Part shown: positions 62,501 to 64,000 of the stretch, in pieces | Layout: each line of letters begins with the position of its first letter | Position numbering within the stretch: the stretch's first letter is position 1 | Origin: a bacterium | GTDB taxonomy: Bacteria; UBP18; UBA7526 | Assembly: GCA_030615855.1 (NCBI GenBank) | Contig: JAUWYL010000002.1 | Coordinates: 68,423 to 132,422, forward strand | Direction: 5' to 3' | DNA: 64,000 nt | Made by a program: the position numbers and the translations under genes | Notes under the pieces: model-generated | What the model was told of the DNA's origin: nothing | Seen by the model: the letters and a program-made list of their open reading frames with translations, nothing else | The model's database searches: none

Positions 62501-62704
62501 TTCAATGGGCTTGGTAATCAGGGTCTCAATATCCTCTGAGGCTACGCCTTCATAGGTGGTTACTATTGAGACGAAAGGATACTCTAATTCGGGAAAGAGA
62601 TCCAGACCTAATCTGAAGAAAGAGATAATCCCGAAGAGACAGACGATGAGGATGAGCATTAAGACCGTTACCCGACGATTGACAGAGAATTCTGGTAGAT
62701 TCAC
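59588..62704 (-). CDS. RND efflux permease (AcrB/AcrD/AcrF family)
   Basis: GMLVDNAVVVIEN, GIVVNNAI, RLRPILIT. Confidence 0.95.
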   Translation of the reverse strand: MNLPEFSVNRRVTVLMLILIVCLFGIISFFRLGLDLFPELEYPFVSIVTTYEGVASEDIETLITKPIEEIVSTVKHVRNVASFSQEGISAVMVEFEWGTRLDFAAQDVRDKVSLTRDFLPEEIDNPLVVKFNMADFPVLYYGITGMENTQVLRDYLDDNIKPRLERLEGVASCMLMGGLEREINILIDRERLQAHHLALEEIIQILRQENLNVTGGHITKGYTEYLVRTLGEFKDLETMRNIVVTTHQGTPIYLKDIAQVVDTHKEIRNYARTNRKDCVLLGIMKQSGANTVMVLNRVKRELERLKEEIPKDIRFYSLWDQGHIIKSIVRFTTINAFQGGILAIILLFLFLRNWRPTFAISLAIPISVLTTFIGMYAVGYTFNLITLMGLALGVGMLVDNAVVVIENTFRHLEEGKDRKASARIGASEVGLAITASTLTTLAVFLPVSLTTGMAARLLRPMSLTICLSLFASLFVALTLVPMVASVIFKRGEEKGLGRGGFERFREAYKRALGWALSHRKVVIITALCLFLLSLALIPFLGAEFMPKADMPMHMALVRMPVGTSLEETNRVVKGIEESMLKEPEAKFVGGFVGLSEAGKYDVAWGMGAAGVNEAQVFIRLEEKEKRKRSSDQIIEVIRGRLPRIEEASFEFMDMREMFIGGGGERPIEVKVFGKDLDRLKDFADRIASECEDIGGLRDIDVTLKKGKPELQIKLDRVKARRMGLTLDQVAHSVKTALLGKVATKYRIGGEEYDIRVRYREMERDSLEDIKNIAIASSLGFQVPLYQITTIEYAEGPLRITREDQERKISVTANSYGRDLGRIIRDIKSKVSKIEFPPGYFVEYGGRYEDMQETFRSFTIALIIGIILVYMVMAALFESLSQPFIIMFTIPLALIGVVFGLLAFGKTLNVQSFMGTIMLVGIVVNNAIVMIDYINRLKRKGIEKHQALIQGAATRLRPILITSSTTILAIFPMVFSRTTGSEMRSSLAVAVSFGLLFSTFLTLFVIPVVYSIVDHISYRVTSRMRKILYGKITPSGLLP

Positions 62705-62716
62705 CCCGCACCTCCT

Positions 62717-63607
62717 TTAATTCTGAATGATGACCAAGGTATTATCGCTCAGGCCATAATTGCCCTCAATGATTACTATCTCCCCTTCAGCAAGGCCTTT
62801 CACTATCTCTATACTCTCTTCATCGCTTAAGCCCGTCTCCACCCTCTTTAGAAGTGCCCTTGAATCCTGAACCACGAAGACTATTTTCTGCCCATTCTGC
62901 TTCAAGAGCGCCTTATGGGGAAGGAGGAGAGTATCCTTATGGGTCTTGATAATTATCTCCACCCGGGCGAACATACCGGGCTTCAAGAGATGTTTGGGAT
63001 TGGGGATGAGTGTCTCTACCCACGCCTTGCGGGAGATGGGATCAACGATGGGGCTTATCTTCCATGCCTTACCAGTAAATACCTTATCTGGATAGGCATC
63101 TACTCTGACCCGGACCTCTTGTCCTATCTTAATCTTAGGAAGATCCTTTTCTACAACATCGATCTTGACCTTTACCCTATCTATATCCACAATGAGAGCT
63201 ATTGGAGTCTGGGGGGTTACCTTTGTTCCCAAGTCCACATAGACCCGGCCTACGATTCCTGCTAAGGGAGAATCTACTGGTGCTGGTTCAAACTTAAAGC
63301 CCGGCTCATCCCTATCGATAAGGACAATGGTCTGGCCTTTCTTAATCCTATCCCCCTCCACAACATTCTTCTTGATAATCTTCCCGCTCACCCGGGGATA
63401 GACCTCAATCCTTTCTCGGGCCTTGATATCTCCGGTAAGGGAGATAGTCTCTCTGATATCTTTCTTTACTGTCTCCATTACTTTTACCGTTACCCCTTCC
63501 TCAACCGGAACCGTCTCCACTCCCTTTCTAAAAGATAGCATCCTTCCTGCGATGATGAGAACAACTACTAAAACTATTACTCCCAAAATAATTCTTTTCT
63601 TCTTCAT
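62717..63607 (-). CDS. RND periplasmic adaptor (membrane fusion protein)
   Basis: N-terminal anchor, lipoyl-like halves, LKPGMFA. Confidence 0.9.
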   Translation of the reverse strand: MKKKRIILGVIVLVVVLIIAGRMLSFRKGVETVPVEEGVTVKVMETVKKDIRETISLTGDIKARERIEVYPRVSGKIIKKNVVEGDRIKKGQTIVLIDRDEPGFKFEPAPVDSPLAGIVGRVYVDLGTKVTPQTPIALIVDIDRVKVKIDVVEKDLPKIKIGQEVRVRVDAYPDKVFTGKAWKISPIVDPISRKAWVETLIPNPKHLLKPGMFARVEIIIKTHKDTLLLPHKALLKQNGQKIVFVVQDSRALLKRVETGLSDEESIEIVKGLAEGEIVIIEGNYGLSDNTLVIIQN

Positions 63608-63665
63608 TTTTTCTCCTATTTATCTCTAAAATTATTCGCCCATTCGCGCGAATGGTCTCAATAGC

Positions 63666-64000
63666 TTAGCCCTTCTTCACTTTACGCAGAAAAAAGATAG
63701 CAACACTCACCATAACTAACGAGGCTAAAAGGGGGATATAGACCGGAGCAAACCAGGGACCAGGGATTAAGAATAGACAGTCAATGGTCGCCAAACTCGG
63801 GGGCCAACCGATGAGCACCTTGAGCCAAATGTAATAGAAGATATCCCAGATGGCAAAGACCCATAGAAAGATGGCTAATTTCTCTACCCACTTCCTTCCC
63901 ACCAAGAGAGCGACCATAAGAAGAATAACAATAGTAGATGCTTCTCGCGTCTGCTCTGAGAATAATACTCCATAGGACCTTAAAAAATTACTGAATTCAG
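63666..64000 (-). CDS. Hypothetical membrane protein (partial, starts beyond window end)
   Basis: Frame open to the edge: ...EQTREASTIV...WDIFYYIWLKVLIGWP..DCLFLIPGPWFAPV. Confidence 0.7.
   Translation of the reverse strand, partial: EFSNFLRSYGVLFSEQTREASTIVILLMVALLVGRKWVEKLAIFLWVFAIWDIFYYIWLKVLIGWPPSLATIDCLFLIPGPWFAPVYIPLLASLVMVSVAIFFLRKVKKG

Overview
Chromosomal window from a diderm bacterium (LptD present). Nearly all genes lie on the minus strand. From 1 to 25 kb there is a mosaic surface-polysaccharide cluster: nucleotide-sugar epimerases/dehydratases, a DegT aminotransferase, GT2/GT4/GT-C glycosyltransferases, a flippase, rmlABCD, uxs and ugd. It is followed by lptD, a DeoR-HTH/transaldolase fusion, folC, trpBA, a leuC-like gene, a homocitrate synthase, an aminotransferase, tig-clpP-lon, a tRNA cluster, rdgB-rph-fumarate hydratase-murI-gerMN-amidase, tmRNA/smpB, a two-component pair, uvrA, a radical SAM gene, a duplicated-domain outer-membrane protein and an RND pump. 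The main unexplained structure is at 40.5-43 kb. Four tRNA genes (Leu, Arg, His, Pro) are each broken by an insert bounded by short inverted repeats, and each insert carries an intact, sequence-divergent tRNA gene for the same amino acid ('tRNA inside its own tRNA'). Related palindromic mini-elements and convergent 6-8 nt repeat arrays are scattered through the window. They sit in-frame inside proteins, frameshift two genes and supply start codons. No transposase, integrase or CRISPR array is visible. Products are assigned from motif recognition only.
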